From a virus: a stretch of 62,134 nt of DNA. Each line of letters begins with the position of its first letter. Within the stretch, counting starts at the first letter, position 1. Of the stretch, positions 27,553-38,300 are shown in pieces. The notes below the pieces were generated by a model, which saw only the letters and a program-made list of their open reading frames with translations, made no database searches and was not told the origin of the DNA. Where the stretch lies: IMG/VR virus record IMGVR_UViG_3300045988_174550; one strand, 5' to 3'. The position numbers were made by a program, and so were the translations under genes.

Positions 27553-28320
27553 ATGTCTAATTTTCTCCCAGTTGTCAAGCTCGAATTCATCAACGACAAG
27601 CAGGTTCCGGCGGTCACTTCGCAGCAGTTGGCCGAGGCATTTGGTAAACAACATGCCCATGTTATGCGAGATATTCGCGAGACTACTGCTAAATGTTCGA
27701 AATTGTTTAGCGCATCCAATTTTGGATTGGCTGAATATCTCGATGAACAGGGTAAATCCCGGCCAATGTACTTCATGACCAAAGACGGCTTCACGATGGT
27801 AGCTATGGCGTACACGACGCCCGAGGCCGTGCGGTTTAAGGAAGCCTACATTGCCGAGTTCAACCGGATGGAAGAAACGCTTCGTCAGACTGCTTCGCAG
27901 CAACTTTTCGACATCACCGGTATGACGGTCGCCATCTTCAATGCGGCAGGTATCGTCGGTAATCAGCAAGCGCTTGCGCTCGATAAGATCGTGCGAAAGA
28001 AGACCGGCGATTCTCCGCTTGAGCTTGCCGAGGTTCAACTTGAAGCGCCAACCAAGCGGCAGCTTCTCACGCCCACACAGCTTGGTGAGAAGTGCGACGG
28101 TATATCGGGGCAGCAGATGAACGACCTTCTCGCCAATATAGGCTTTCAGACGAAGGCTCCGAACGGTGGTTGGGAGCCTACTGAGAAAGGAATGCCTTAC
28201 GCCGTAATGCTGGATGTGAACAAACGCCACTCAGATGGGACTCCTATTCGTCAGTTGAAATGGGATTCAAGCATCCTCGAAGCCTTGCGCAAATATCTTG
28301 GCGATGATACGAATGAATGA
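27553..28320 (+). CDS. Rha-family phage regulatory protein / antirepressor with a KilAC-like C-terminal domain
   Basis: SD CAGGAG. Motifs HAHVMRDIRE, YLDEQGKSRPMYFMTKDGF and YIAEFNRME are typical of Rha. The C-terminus is paralogous to 42860-43186. Confidence 0.8.
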   Translation: MSNFLPVVKLEFINDKQVPAVTSQQLAEAFGKQHAHVMRDIRETTAKCSKLFSASNFGLAEYLDEQGKSRPMYFMTKDGFTMVAMAYTTPEAVRFKEAYIAEFNRMEETLRQTASQQLFDITGMTVAIFNAAGIVGNQQALALDKIVRKKTGDSPLELAEVQLEAPTKRQLLTPTQLGEKCDGISGQQMNDLLANIGFQTKAPNGGWEPTEKGMPYAVMLDVNKRHSDGTPIRQLKWDSSILEALRKYLGDDTNE

Positions 28321-28341
28321 CCCAAGAAGGAGGAATACACC

Positions 28342-28380
28342 ATGATGCATTTTAAGAAGCGCAAGGGCTGCGGCAAGTAG
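28342..28380 (+). CDS. 12-codon micro-ORF (MMHFKKRKGCGK)
   Basis: Very strong SD GAAGGAGGAA lies 7 nt upstream. The stop is 10 nt before a terminator. Confidence 0.25.
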   Translation: MMHFKKRKGCGK

Positions 28381-28390
28381 CCCGGCCATA

Positions 28391-28416
28391 CCCCGCCGCA
28401 TGGCGGGGTTTTGTTT
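28391..28416 (+). terminator. Rho-independent terminator
   Basis: CCCCGCC-GCAT-GGCGGGG followed by TTTTGTTT. Confidence 0.75.
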
Positions 28417-28475
28417 ATGTACTTGCCATCCTTTGCGTGTTTCGATATGTTGCAGAGAAATAAAGGAGCGAGTTC

Positions 28476-28949
28476 ATGGGCAAATGGACGATCGACATCT
28501 TGGAGCCCGACGACGACATCAATATCGCCGTCGACAATCTCGGAAACGAAATCGGCAAACTCTATGCCGAATCATGGCGAGAAGATAAAGAGCCGCACTA
28601 TAAAAAGCCATTCAGCCTGAACGTCGCGGCGTTTGCGCAGATGTGGTATGCGAAGACGCTAAAGATTTTCATCGCCTACGACGAACGCCACGAACCCGTC
28701 GGCTACCTGATTGGTATGGTTTTCCGTCCGCTGCCTTACGAGGCGTCCGTCTTCAAGGTTGAAGACTGGTACACCCGGGGAGATACTCGGCTTGAGGAAG
28801 CGCTTTTCGCTCATGCGGCCCAAGCCATCCGCTATATCGGATGCGACGAGCTTTGGGTGGCCGACGATGCCGGGGACCGGATTCCGCCCGTGCCGGTCGC
28901 ATGGGTCGAAGAAAACAAATTCACTCTGCGTCGTTACAAGAAGAAGTAA
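28476..28949 (+). CDS. Hypothetical protein, possibly GNAT-fold-like
   Basis: SD AAAGGAG. The FIAYDE..EPVGYLIGMVF pattern is reminiscent of GNAT beta-strands, but no Q/RxxGxG motif was seen. Confidence 0.55.
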   Translation: MGKWTIDILEPDDDINIAVDNLGNEIGKLYAESWREDKEPHYKKPFSLNVAAFAQMWYAKTLKIFIAYDERHEPVGYLIGMVFRPLPYEASVFKVEDWYTRGDTRLEEALFAHAAQAIRYIGCDELWVADDAGDRIPPVPVAWVEENKFTLRRYKKK

Positions 28950-28952
28950 GCT

Positions 28953-29732
28953 ATGGTCTACGCCAGTGATACCGAATGCAATGCAGAACACGGGTCGAAC
29001 GACCAAGAACATTCAATCTTTGCCGACCTCATTACGGTAGCAGCTGTCGCCGCAGCCGCCTACAATACGAAGAAAGCCATCGACATAGCCGAAGCCGAAT
29101 GGAAGATGGCAAAAAAGTATTGGAAGATTGCAAAGAACTGGCTTGACTATTACAACGATTTTTACGCTCCGGTAGAAGACCAAGAACTTGAAGAAGCGAT
29201 GGCTCTGACGGAGCCGGAACCCGAATATGAAGCGGCCAGAGGCCGGGCGCGAATCATTGCCATGATGCAGTTTCGCGGTGCCGTAGACCGGGCGGTACGC
29301 TGTACGTCTCGATACTGTACAGGTTTGCGCAACGATATGGTGGCGGAACTCGTCGCGGCAAATGCAAGCGCCGTGGCCTTGGCTGACGGGCTTGGCTATC
29401 GGAATGAGCGGGCGTATATCGAAGCCAGAGACGACGAACGGTTCCAGCGGCAGTTCGCCACTGCAAAACGGGGGCGGAACATGATTGCCGACAATGTTTC
29501 GCTTGCGAAGGCCACGGCGGGCATTTACGGAGACTTGTGGGACCAGACATGGAAGGGGCTTGAAGGGGCCGGGACTTATCTTGGGTACATGCAGAACCGC
29601 AACCCTACCGCCTATCCGACCACATACGTCCAGCAGCGGGAGCAGGCGTACGCCAAGGCGCACGGCCAGATGAACATGAATTCCACGCCCCCGAATTCCG
29701 GACCCCAGATGCCGATTGGAGGAGCTGACTGA
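28953..29732 (+). CDS. Internal-virion-like protein, paralog A
   Basis: Shares LGY..(N/A)RN.T.YPTT(Y/F) and an N-terminal helical W/Y/K-rich region with the next gene. Confidence 0.55.
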   Translation: MVYASDTECNAEHGSNDQEHSIFADLITVAAVAAAAYNTKKAIDIAEAEWKMAKKYWKIAKNWLDYYNDFYAPVEDQELEEAMALTEPEPEYEAARGRARIIAMMQFRGAVDRAVRCTSRYCTGLRNDMVAELVAANASAVALADGLGYRNERAYIEARDDERFQRQFATAKRGRNMIADNVSLAKATAGIYGDLWDQTWKGLEGAGTYLGYMQNRNPTAYPTTYVQQREQAYAKAHGQMNMNSTPPNSGPQMPIGGAD

Positions 29733-30622
29733 TGGCTCAATGCACTTGTGCCGATCCGACTGCCGTAGCCAATGCCATCAAGCAGCACGCCAGCAAGACC
29801 GAAGACGTCAACAAGACGCTCTATGGTTCCGGTCATGGCGGCAAAGACGGCGTTATCGACAGTATTCGTTTCTGCCATTGGGCCGCTCCCGAGTGGGGGG
29901 CCAAGGGCGAGAGTGCGTGGAACAAGCTTTTCACGGCGGCGCAACTGGCCGTTGCCATTGCGAACGCGCTTGCACAGCAGGAGATTGCCGACAAGAAGCA
30001 GGACCTTGCCGAGTCCTATTACCAGATGGCCGAGGACAAGTGGAACCGCTTCAAGAACAAATACATGCCGCTTGAGAAGAAGCTGCTGAACGAAGTTTCC
30101 ACCGAGCCCGTCAAGACGCTTGATTGTGCTGACGACAGGCGTCGGGCCGAAGCAAGCGTGAATCCCGCCTATACGCAGATGCAGAATTATCTGAGGCAGC
30201 TCAGGCAGAAGTTGCAGCTTTGCCCGGACGATACGCTTGTCCCCTATCTGGAGACGAAGCAGGTGGTATCGCTTGTTGATACGGTCAATTACAATATGCA
30301 GGACGACCAGTGGTTCGTCGACTACAGTAACGACAAGCGTTGGAACCGCCGCAGCAATATCCTGAACCTTGGCCGCAATCTGACCTCCGAGGCGTTGAAG
30401 TACGGCGACGTGGCGCGTAATCTGTACAATCAGGTGGGGCAGCAAATCGATCAAGCGGCGAACAGCCTCATGTCCACCCTCGGTTACTATGGGGCTCGTA
30501 ACGACACGTTTTACCCGACGACGTTCCTCGGCTCGAGCGGGCGCAATGATGGGGGCTTCATCGTCTCCGCGTCGCCGGGATTCAGTGGAGCGACCGGGGC
30601 GCTCGACGCGACAGGAGCATAA
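29732..30622 (+). CDS. Internal-virion-like protein, paralog B
   Basis: SD GGAGGAG, TGATG overlap. Has LGYYGARNDTFYPTTF, versus LGYMQNRNPTAYPTTY in the preceding gene. Confidence 0.55.
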   Translation: MAQCTCADPTAVANAIKQHASKTEDVNKTLYGSGHGGKDGVIDSIRFCHWAAPEWGAKGESAWNKLFTAAQLAVAIANALAQQEIADKKQDLAESYYQMAEDKWNRFKNKYMPLEKKLLNEVSTEPVKTLDCADDRRRAEASVNPAYTQMQNYLRQLRQKLQLCPDDTLVPYLETKQVVSLVDTVNYNMQDDQWFVDYSNDKRWNRRSNILNLGRNLTSEALKYGDVARNLYNQVGQQIDQAANSLMSTLGYYGARNDTFYPTTFLGSSGRNDGGFIVSASPGFSGATGALDATGA

Positions 30623-30625
30623 CGT

Positions 30626-31120
30626 ATGGCCTTTAATTTTTTTGGCGCATTAGGTGCGTTCAGCCGTGCCCTGCCGGGTTATGTACAGGGCGAGCGGATG
30701 GCGGTGCAGGACAACTGGAATGACCTGAACCAGTACAACAAGGTGCAGTCCGGCCAGATTCAGAACGCATGGGACGAAGCCGTATTCAACCCTCGCCTCA
30801 CACGAGAGTACGACCAAGCAGCGATGTCGAATATTGGTGTCGCGGACAGCACGCAGAACTACTTTCTGAATTCCCTCAATCGAGGCCGTGCCTATCGTCA
30901 GTCGTACCGTGACGCGGGATGGGACGATGTACTTGGTGACATGAACAACATGGCGCGTCTGGGCTCGGCATACCGTACGAGCGAGCGCGCCCTTTTCCCG
31001 CAGGATTACGGATTTGGCGGTGCCGACATGGGGTCGCTCGCGCAGCTTTCTCGGCTTTACGGCGCGCAGAACCAGAATCCGTACCAGTCCACAATAAACA
31101 TCCCAAGCGTGATGTACTAG
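30626..31120 (+). CDS. Hypothetical virion protein
   Basis: SD AGGAG, 164 aa. Confidence 0.55.
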   Translation: MAFNFFGALGAFSRALPGYVQGERMAVQDNWNDLNQYNKVQSGQIQNAWDEAVFNPRLTREYDQAAMSNIGVADSTQNYFLNSLNRGRAYRQSYRDAGWDDVLGDMNNMARLGSAYRTSERALFPQDYGFGGADMGSLAQLSRLYGAQNQNPYQSTINIPSVMY

Positions 31121-31129
31121 GAGAAACCC

Positions 31130-32326
31130 ATGCCAAGATACGTCATCCCCACACAGTCCGGGGGGTATATCGGCGTCGATGGTCCCGTGCCGTACGACGA
31201 TACGCAGGCGAGATTCGACGCGCTGGCCGACAGTATTGCCGCACAGAGCCGCCGCCCGGTACCCATGACTATCCAGAATATGCCCGTGCCGCGCGCCAAC
31301 GCACCTATGGGTCCCAACGCCGGGCCGCAGATGCCCGTGCGACTCCCTGTGGCTATTCAGAATCAGCCGCCGTCGCTCATGCGCGAAGCGCGCCCCGGCA
31401 TTCAGAATTACTGGAACGCGCCCGGAGCCTACGAAGCCCAAGAACGCTACGGCATTCCGCCCGTGCTTATGCAGCGGTCGCCCTATGCTACGGCCGGTTA
31501 TATGGCGGGGCCTGACGGATCGGTGAATCCGCTTGTGGGATACCCGTCCATCTACCCGCATGTTCTGAACGGTACACCGCAGAATTATGCGGCACCTGCG
31601 ATGGCCAACGCATGGAGCGTTCTCGGGCCGTGGCTGGCTCCTCCGGCGCAGAACGGCATGGCGCAGGAACTTTTGCGTGCCATGACGCAGCGGACTCCCC
31701 GCCGCGCGGCGGGCGGAACCGGCGGAGGCGGCACGCAAAGAACGACCCCCGCACAGAAAACGGCGGCTCCTCAACAGCAGCCGGATACGCCGAATCCCCC
31801 TATGGGTCCCAACGCCGGGCCACAGCGTCCGCCCGTGACAGCTCCAGCTGAAGTGAGAGGGGTGTATAACCCGACACCCATCAATACGCCGCAGTACACT
31901 CAGGGCGAGGTATTTGAAGCGGCCATCAATCAGGCCGCGCCCGACAGCATTATCCGCGACCTCGGCCAGTTTGATTACGATGATTATTTTGTCGTGCCGG
32001 GTGGAGATGCTTCCGTGGGCGACACGGGCACCTACGCCGACCCCTACGCCCCCGGTGCTGAATCGCGTGAATGGTATCTTCTGCATGGCGGAAATCCTGA
32101 CAATGTGGGCAGGCTCGGTATGAGTCCGTTGGCGCAGGAGGTCATCGAATATACTCCGCCCCCGGCGGCCACGGCACCGGAAGTTCGTGGGACATACAAC
32201 CCGACTCCGCAGTTGTATGGGGAGCTCGGCAATGCCGCACGCAGCGCATTGACGAACGAGTACCGTGGTGCATACAATCCCGAGGTGCGTGGTCCGGTGC
32301 ATCCGAGCATCCTTTCTTCGAGGTAA
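31130..32326 (+). CDS. Pro-rich repeat-containing virion protein
   Basis: SD TAGGAGA. Repeats MGPNAGPQ(M/R)P x2 (20-nt identical DNA at 31307 and 31802) and EVRG.YNPTP-like x3. Confidence 0.55.
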   Translation: MPRYVIPTQSGGYIGVDGPVPYDDTQARFDALADSIAAQSRRPVPMTIQNMPVPRANAPMGPNAGPQMPVRLPVAIQNQPPSLMREARPGIQNYWNAPGAYEAQERYGIPPVLMQRSPYATAGYMAGPDGSVNPLVGYPSIYPHVLNGTPQNYAAPAMANAWSVLGPWLAPPAQNGMAQELLRAMTQRTPRRAAGGTGGGGTQRTTPAQKTAAPQQQPDTPNPPMGPNAGPQRPPVTAPAEVRGVYNPTPINTPQYTQGEVFEAAINQAAPDSIIRDLGQFDYDDYFVVPGGDASVGDTGTYADPYAPGAESREWYLLHGGNPDNVGRLGMSPLAQEVIEYTPPPAATAPEVRGTYNPTPQLYGELGNAARSALTNEYRGAYNPEVRGPVHPSILSSR

Positions 32327-32329
32327 GCT

Positions 32330-32545
32330 ATGGCCAATGACCTGATGGAAATGATTCAGGCGGCGGAAGCTTCTTCCGGTCCGGACCCTGAAATCGCAAT
32401 GGATACGGAGTTCCAGCAGCAGCAATACCTTATCGAGAGCGCACTGCGTGCGCTTGGCGAGATGCAGCGGCCGCAGCCGGGGAACGCGAACACTATCTTC
32501 GATGAGCAGTTCCGCACGCTCATTGACCTCGTACCGATGGAGTAA
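32330..32545 (+). CDS. Hypothetical small acidic protein
   Basis: 71-aa ORF with SD GAGG. Confidence 0.5.
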   Translation: MANDLMEMIQAAEASSGPDPEIAMDTEFQQQQYLIESALRALGEMQRPQPGNANTIFDEQFRTLIDLVPME

Positions 32546-32548
32546 CAT

Positions 32549-35365
32549 ATGGCTTTGCCAAATCCGGGCGGGCTGTCCGGCGCGATCAAACTCTTGCCGG
32601 ACTTCACGCAGCAACAGAACCAGTCGCTGGCCGACGTGACCAAGGTCGTGCTGGCACAGGACCAGCAGGCGTTGAACGAAGCCAAGTTTGGATTGCAACA
32701 GGCGAAGCTCGCAGCCGGAGGCGGCACCGGTGGTCCGCGTGCAGGCGGCAAAGGTGGGGCATGGACGGCGGTAGCGGACCCTGCATCCCCCGAAGGTTAT
32801 CGGTTCGTCTGGGTCCCCGGTTCGACGGAGAAGGAACGTTCCCGCAATCAGGGTGTCATGGAATCCGCCGCCTACAGTTCGCTTTTGCAGAACGACAGGG
32901 ACGTGCGGGAAAAGCTTGCCGGGCTGTCGGGCAAATCCATCGACTATCAGGCTAAAGTTCTTGACGATATCCGCAAGAACGATATCCCGCGACTCGTCGG
33001 CACCGATGACCAGAAGGCACTGAAAGCCATCGAAGAAAGCCTGAGGCCCTATACGCAGCGAGTAAAGGAAGGCCGCAAGGCCATCGATTCTACAGGCTTT
33101 TGGGAAACTGTGTGGGATGCCGCGCGCATGGGCGGCAACAAGCTCGTTACCGGCATCTCACAGATGGGCGAAGACGCCGAAACGAAGCGCAAGCTCAATG
33201 CCGAGCTTCAGGCGGACCTTGAAAACATCCGGCGCGAGAACCCCTACCTGCAAGAACAGATGCTCCGAGAGCAGGAAGGGCAGGGATTCTGGCAGCGTTC
33301 GGACGGTATCGGCGGGCTCGTGACCAACGCGGGCGTCGAACTTGCCAGTGACCCGACGGCTCCGGTGGCGATGGGGGCTGCGGCGGCTGCCTCGGCACTT
33401 ACCGGCGGCGCGGCCATTCCTGCCATCGCTGCGGGGCTGGCCGGCGCTGGCGTTGGTGCGGGAGTAGAGGGGAGCGAATATGTTTCCCGTGTTGAGCAGG
33501 ACCCGAATCTCTCCGAAGAAGAAAAGGCGCGTGCCATCGAGGAAGGCTTTGCGGGTGCGGCTACAACCGGTGCGGCTTTCGGCGGCCTGACCATTCCGGT
33601 CGGTCGTATCGCCGGTGCAGCAGCCCGCCCCTTCTTGCGTGGCGGGGCAAAGGCGGCGGCGAAAACTGCCGAGGATGCCGTGGTCGATGCGGCCTTGCGC
33701 CGCTCGCAGGAAGGGCTTGCCAAGCGGCTTGCAAAGTCAATTGGCGAATCCGCAGCAGAAGCTTCCATCATCAACGTAGGCGACGTGGTGGCGCAGAACG
33801 CTCTATACAATTCGGTCACGGGGCAGGACAATGCCGTGACCGAGGGGGTGCCGGAAGCGCTCGCCGCTTCTATTGCCGCAGGCGTACCATTCGGCATTTT
33901 GGGTGCGCGTCGTCGCCGCACTGCGTCGTCGCCTGCCAAAGATACGACAGAAGGGCGAAGCGACGCACCTCGTGCGACAGCTGACAGGACTTCGGCAGCT
34001 TCCGGTCCCGAAGGAGGGATTTCGACACCGCAGACACCCGGGCTTGACCTCGTCATGGATGGAACGGAATCGTTTCTTATGCCGGATGGAAGCGTCAACC
34101 GGTTCTCGTATCCGGGCCAATTGTATAATGCCGTGGCGACGGCGGTAGACGGCGGGGTCAAATTCGACGCCGACAACATCGTATCTACCTTTCTTGAACG
34201 TACCGGCAACAACCGCGCGCTGCTGAAAGACTGGATCGACCGCGCACACCAGCAAAATCCGAAGATCTTCGACGAAAAGCGTGTAGGCGAACTCTTTGAT
34301 GCCGCCATGCGGCAGGATACGCAGCGTCAGGTCTTCCGGCCTGATGAACGCCCAACGACGGAATTTGACACGGACAAGCTTGTCAGCTTCCTCAGAAAGC
34401 ATCCGGGGGAACCCGCGCTGTACAAACAGCTGCTCACGGATGTCGTGGGGAATGGCGTTTCGCCGGAGAAGCTTCGTGACGCACTTTCCAATGCGAAACT
34501 CAAGAGAGCCACGAAGGTTGAATCGGTCGGCATTCTGGATGAAATCATTGAAGCGAGACAGCAGGAGCTGAGCAATGGCAGACAAGGCGGCGACGGACAG
34601 GGCGGCAATGGCGCGCCAGCTCCCCGGTTGGACGCAAATGGAGAAGGACGAGCAAGAGCAGCTTATCTTCCAGATAATCAAGGCAATCGCGGAATGGAAG
34701 CCAATACCCGAAGTGTTGCTCAAACCCCTGCCGACGCAGGCGCTCCAGTCACTCCTCGAAATGGTGGAACAGTTGAAAGCGGAGGGCTTGGCGGGGCCGC
34801 GCAACAGAACATCGGACCGAGTCAAGCGCCTGATGCAGATGCTCCACAAGCGCGGCTTGATACCGGAACGGGAACCGACGGCGGACCAAGTCCTGCAACA
34901 GCAGGAACCCGAGTTCAGGAACCGGGTGCTGGCGCAGGAGTCTTTGGCGGTCAGAGAAGCGGAAGCGAACGCGGCACTGGAGGCACAGGCGGCACTGGCA
35001 GGAATGAACAGGTAAGCCCCCGTGCATCCGAACTGGCGGACATGGCGGTCACTCTGACGCGGATCAAGAACGCCGTCGATATGGACGCCGCGAATGGAGT
35101 GAACGGCTTCAATGCAAGTACATGGCCTGCGATAAAGAAGCTCATCCAGAAAGGCGTGCCCTCCGGTACGGAATGGGATGCGTTTGCCAAAGTCCATCCC
35201 GAACTGGCGAACCTTAGAGGGTCTTTCGAACGAATGCACAACGACTATCTGGATGCAAGAGCGCTTGGTGTCGATGCGGTGCTTGATGCGGTTCCCGAAG
35301 CCGAAAAGAATACTCGTGAAACGATTGAATCGGTCTACAACAACATATGGTGCGTGACGCGATGA
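32549..35365 (+). CDS. Large internal virion/ejection-type protein with Ala/Gly-rich membrane-like segments and a long Gly-rich disordered region
   Basis: 938 aa. Contains GAAAAASALTGGAAIPAIAAGLAGAGVGAGV and a low-complexity tract GGDGQGGNG...GTGGTGGTG. Confidence 0.6.
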   Translation: MALPNPGGLSGAIKLLPDFTQQQNQSLADVTKVVLAQDQQALNEAKFGLQQAKLAAGGGTGGPRAGGKGGAWTAVADPASPEGYRFVWVPGSTEKERSRNQGVMESAAYSSLLQNDRDVREKLAGLSGKSIDYQAKVLDDIRKNDIPRLVGTDDQKALKAIEESLRPYTQRVKEGRKAIDSTGFWETVWDAARMGGNKLVTGISQMGEDAETKRKLNAELQADLENIRRENPYLQEQMLREQEGQGFWQRSDGIGGLVTNAGVELASDPTAPVAMGAAAAASALTGGAAIPAIAAGLAGAGVGAGVEGSEYVSRVEQDPNLSEEEKARAIEEGFAGAATTGAAFGGLTIPVGRIAGAAARPFLRGGAKAAAKTAEDAVVDAALRRSQEGLAKRLAKSIGESAAEASIINVGDVVAQNALYNSVTGQDNAVTEGVPEALAASIAAGVPFGILGARRRRTASSPAKDTTEGRSDAPRATADRTSAASGPEGGISTPQTPGLDLVMDGTESFLMPDGSVNRFSYPGQLYNAVATAVDGGVKFDADNIVSTFLERTGNNRALLKDWIDRAHQQNPKIFDEKRVGELFDAAMRQDTQRQVFRPDERPTTEFDTDKLVSFLRKHPGEPALYKQLLTDVVGNGVSPEKLRDALSNAKLKRATKVESVGILDEIIEARQQELSNGRQGGDGQGGNGAPAPRLDANGEGRARAAYLPDNQGNRGMEANTRSVAQTPADAGAPVTPRNGGTVESGGLGGAAQQNIGPSQAPDADAPQARLDTGTGTDGGPSPATAGTRVQEPGAGAGVFGGQRSGSERGTGGTGGTGRNEQVSPRASELADMAVTLTRIKNAVDMDAANGVNGFNASTWPAIKKLIQKGVPSGTEWDAFAKVHPELANLRGSFERMHNDYLDARALGVDAVLDAVPEAEKNTRETIESVYNNIWCVTR

Positions 35366-38300
35366 ACGGATGCCCGGATGATTTTTCCGTCTACAAGGCG
35401 GGGCAGGGGCCGCATGGCAACGGCGGTATCTTCGAGGACGGACGCCCCATCCGCAATATGAATGACGAGATCATCGACTTGCGGGATGGAGTGCAGCGCG
35501 ATGCGGCACAGCGTGCCGGTATCTTCACACGGCTGCGCAATCTCATTGCGCCCGGGACGGGGCGGCCCACGAGCCTTACAGCTCCGGGCAACGACGTGAA
35601 CCGCACGGACGCCTCGCAGCTTATGCGCGCCGCACGGCAGGTGGCGAAGCTCACGAACAATGCGATGCTTTCGAGGGAGAAGCTCGCAAACGACTGGGAA
35701 AACGCCTATGCCTATGTGAACGGCTCTTCGGTCGCAGAAACAAGCAAGTGGTTCGACTTCGTCAATTCCACATTCAAACGGCTCGTCAATGACCGTGCGG
35801 ATTTCCACAAGTTCGTGGCCTACAATTTTGCCGACCCCGGTAAGTCGGTCATGAACAACCGTATTGTGAAGGAATTCGAGCTGATGCCTACGAAGATCCG
35901 TGGGCAATTCCAGATTTACGACCGCCAGCGGCAGGACCTTTTGTTGTCCGTACGTCCTATTGCCGAACGCTTGGGGATGGACGCCGAACAACTGGCGGCG
36001 ACAATGGGGCACTACGCCACCGCCCGGCACATGGGCGAACGCAACACGCTGCTTCTGAATCGATGGGAAGCGGAACTCACCGCAGCACAGCTTGAAAACG
36101 ACCCTGTGAAAGTAGCGGATATATCTACAAAAATTCGTGACCTCAGACAGCACATCAATTCCGTCGACCCGCCGGAACATGTCTTTCACGGCGGCATGAC
36201 GAACGGGCAGGCGCGTATGGTCATGGACCATGTGCTCTCCCTCGGCGTCACGCGCGAAGAAGCGGAAGCGTTCAGCGACCGGCTGAGCTCTATTGCCGTG
36301 CAGATTACAAATGACCGCGCATCGTGGGGGACTGTGACGCCGGAACAGGCACGAGCTTTCCCTGCGTTCCAGACCTATGTGCCGGTCCTCTCCCGCGCCA
36401 ATAACCTCGTCGGTGCCGTCAACGACCTTACCGGGTACAACCCGGGCAGATATGAAGCCATTCAGGGCAGGCAGGGTTCGCCAGACAGCGCGTACTATAC
36501 GGTCTTTCAGTACGCACGCCGGGCGGCAAACGAGTTCGGTATGCGCGACTTCGGTATGATGCTGGCATCGATGGAACGGGTAGCGTCGGAGCGTAACCGT
36601 GATACGGGGCTCAGGTGGGAAAACTACAGCCAGTTGACGGCCAAGGCCAACAGCCCCGATGCGGCTTACCGCAATTACTATTCGAACCTCCTCTCCCGCG
36701 CCATCGTAGTCGACGTCCCGGTCCATGACTGGAACGGCAACTTCTCCCATATGCAGCGCAGAGCCTATTACATCGACGAGAACTGGACGGATGCACGTAC
36801 CGGAATGACAGGCATTGCCGTCTCCCGTGCCTTGCAGAATACAAGCAAGGCGGCGACGGGCCTTGAACGGGCAGTGTCGGGGCTTGCCAAGGTGACGAGC
36901 GTCTACAGTCAGGCGTTCACACGTTTTACGCCAGCATTCGCCGTAGTGAACACTTTCCGCGACGTAGCCGAGCGCGGCATCCATATGCTTACACGTGAAT
37001 ATTACGACGGGAACGGCAACCGCATCCCGGGCTGGCGGCTGACCGGGTCGTTCCTCGTAAATGCTCCTGCTTCGGGAGTCGAGCTGCATCGGGCTCTCTC
37101 GGGGACACTCGACCCGAACAGCATGGGCGCACAGTACTGGCGTGAATACGAGCAATATGGCCTGTACCAGAAATATATGGCACAGCTCAATACCGAGCGG
37201 CTGTCCCTCGAAGATATGATGGGCGGCAAGCAGTCGGTCGCGCAGCAAAAGAAAGGCATTGCGGCGCTCATCAACAAGCCTGAATACGCCGGGCTCAAAC
37301 AGGCGCTTGATGGTGTGCAGGGCAACGGCAAGTGGGTATTGGAAACGCTGGACGGCTGGAATGACTATTTCAATAACCTTGCGAGTTTCAATCAGTTCGT
37401 CACCCTGCGCAAGGCCGGTGTCGATCCCAGACAGGCGGCGCACGGCACACTCGAGCTTATGAACCTTTACCAGACGGGCGAGTGGACACCAATCCTGCGT
37501 GTACTTTTTCCCTTCGTGAAACCCACGGTGCAGGGCGGCATGGCCATGATGCGTACTCTCGGCATCACGGGTGATGTGAAGGACCTGCGCAGCCGCGGCC
37601 CCCGCGCAGCAGCGACCATCCTCGGCGGTTATGCTGCGGTTACGGCGCTCTTGCCGCTCCTTAAGGAGTCGATGGGTTACGATGAAGATACGGGCATGAG
37701 CCGTTTCGACCAGATGTCCCTGTCGGAATTGCAACGGGCGCTCCCCATTGGAGACGGCAAGGGTGGGTATGCGAAGATTCCTTTTGGCTTCGGCATCCAG
37801 CAGCTCATCATAACGCTGGCCGTTGGCCATGACCGTGTGGAACGCGGCCTCATGGCCCCCGAGCATTTCGCAGGCGAACTGCTTTTCACGCTCTTCGACA
37901 ACACCTCGCCTACGGGGAAGCCGAATTTCGACATGGCGAAAGATCCTACAGCTTGGATTATGCAGGCCATTTCCCCAAGCATCCTGTCCGGCCTCGTGCA
38001 GACGGCTACCAATCGGAATTATTGGGGCGGCAAGGTGACGTGGGCCACCAATGAAGAAACGAAGTCGATGGCCGTACAAGGCAAGATGTCTACGCCGAAG
38101 TTCTACCACGATGTGGCGAAGGAGCTGCTGAAGACGACCGGGTACGACCTTGCGCCCGAGCAACTGAAGACGCTTGCAGACGGCCTGCTCGTCGGCCCTC
38201 TGAGGCTCCTGCGTTCACTGTATATCGAACCGGCCGGAGAAACGAGAAAGGGACATCAGGAAGGCAGTGCGCGCGAAACGCTCGGACCTGTGCTCGAAGC

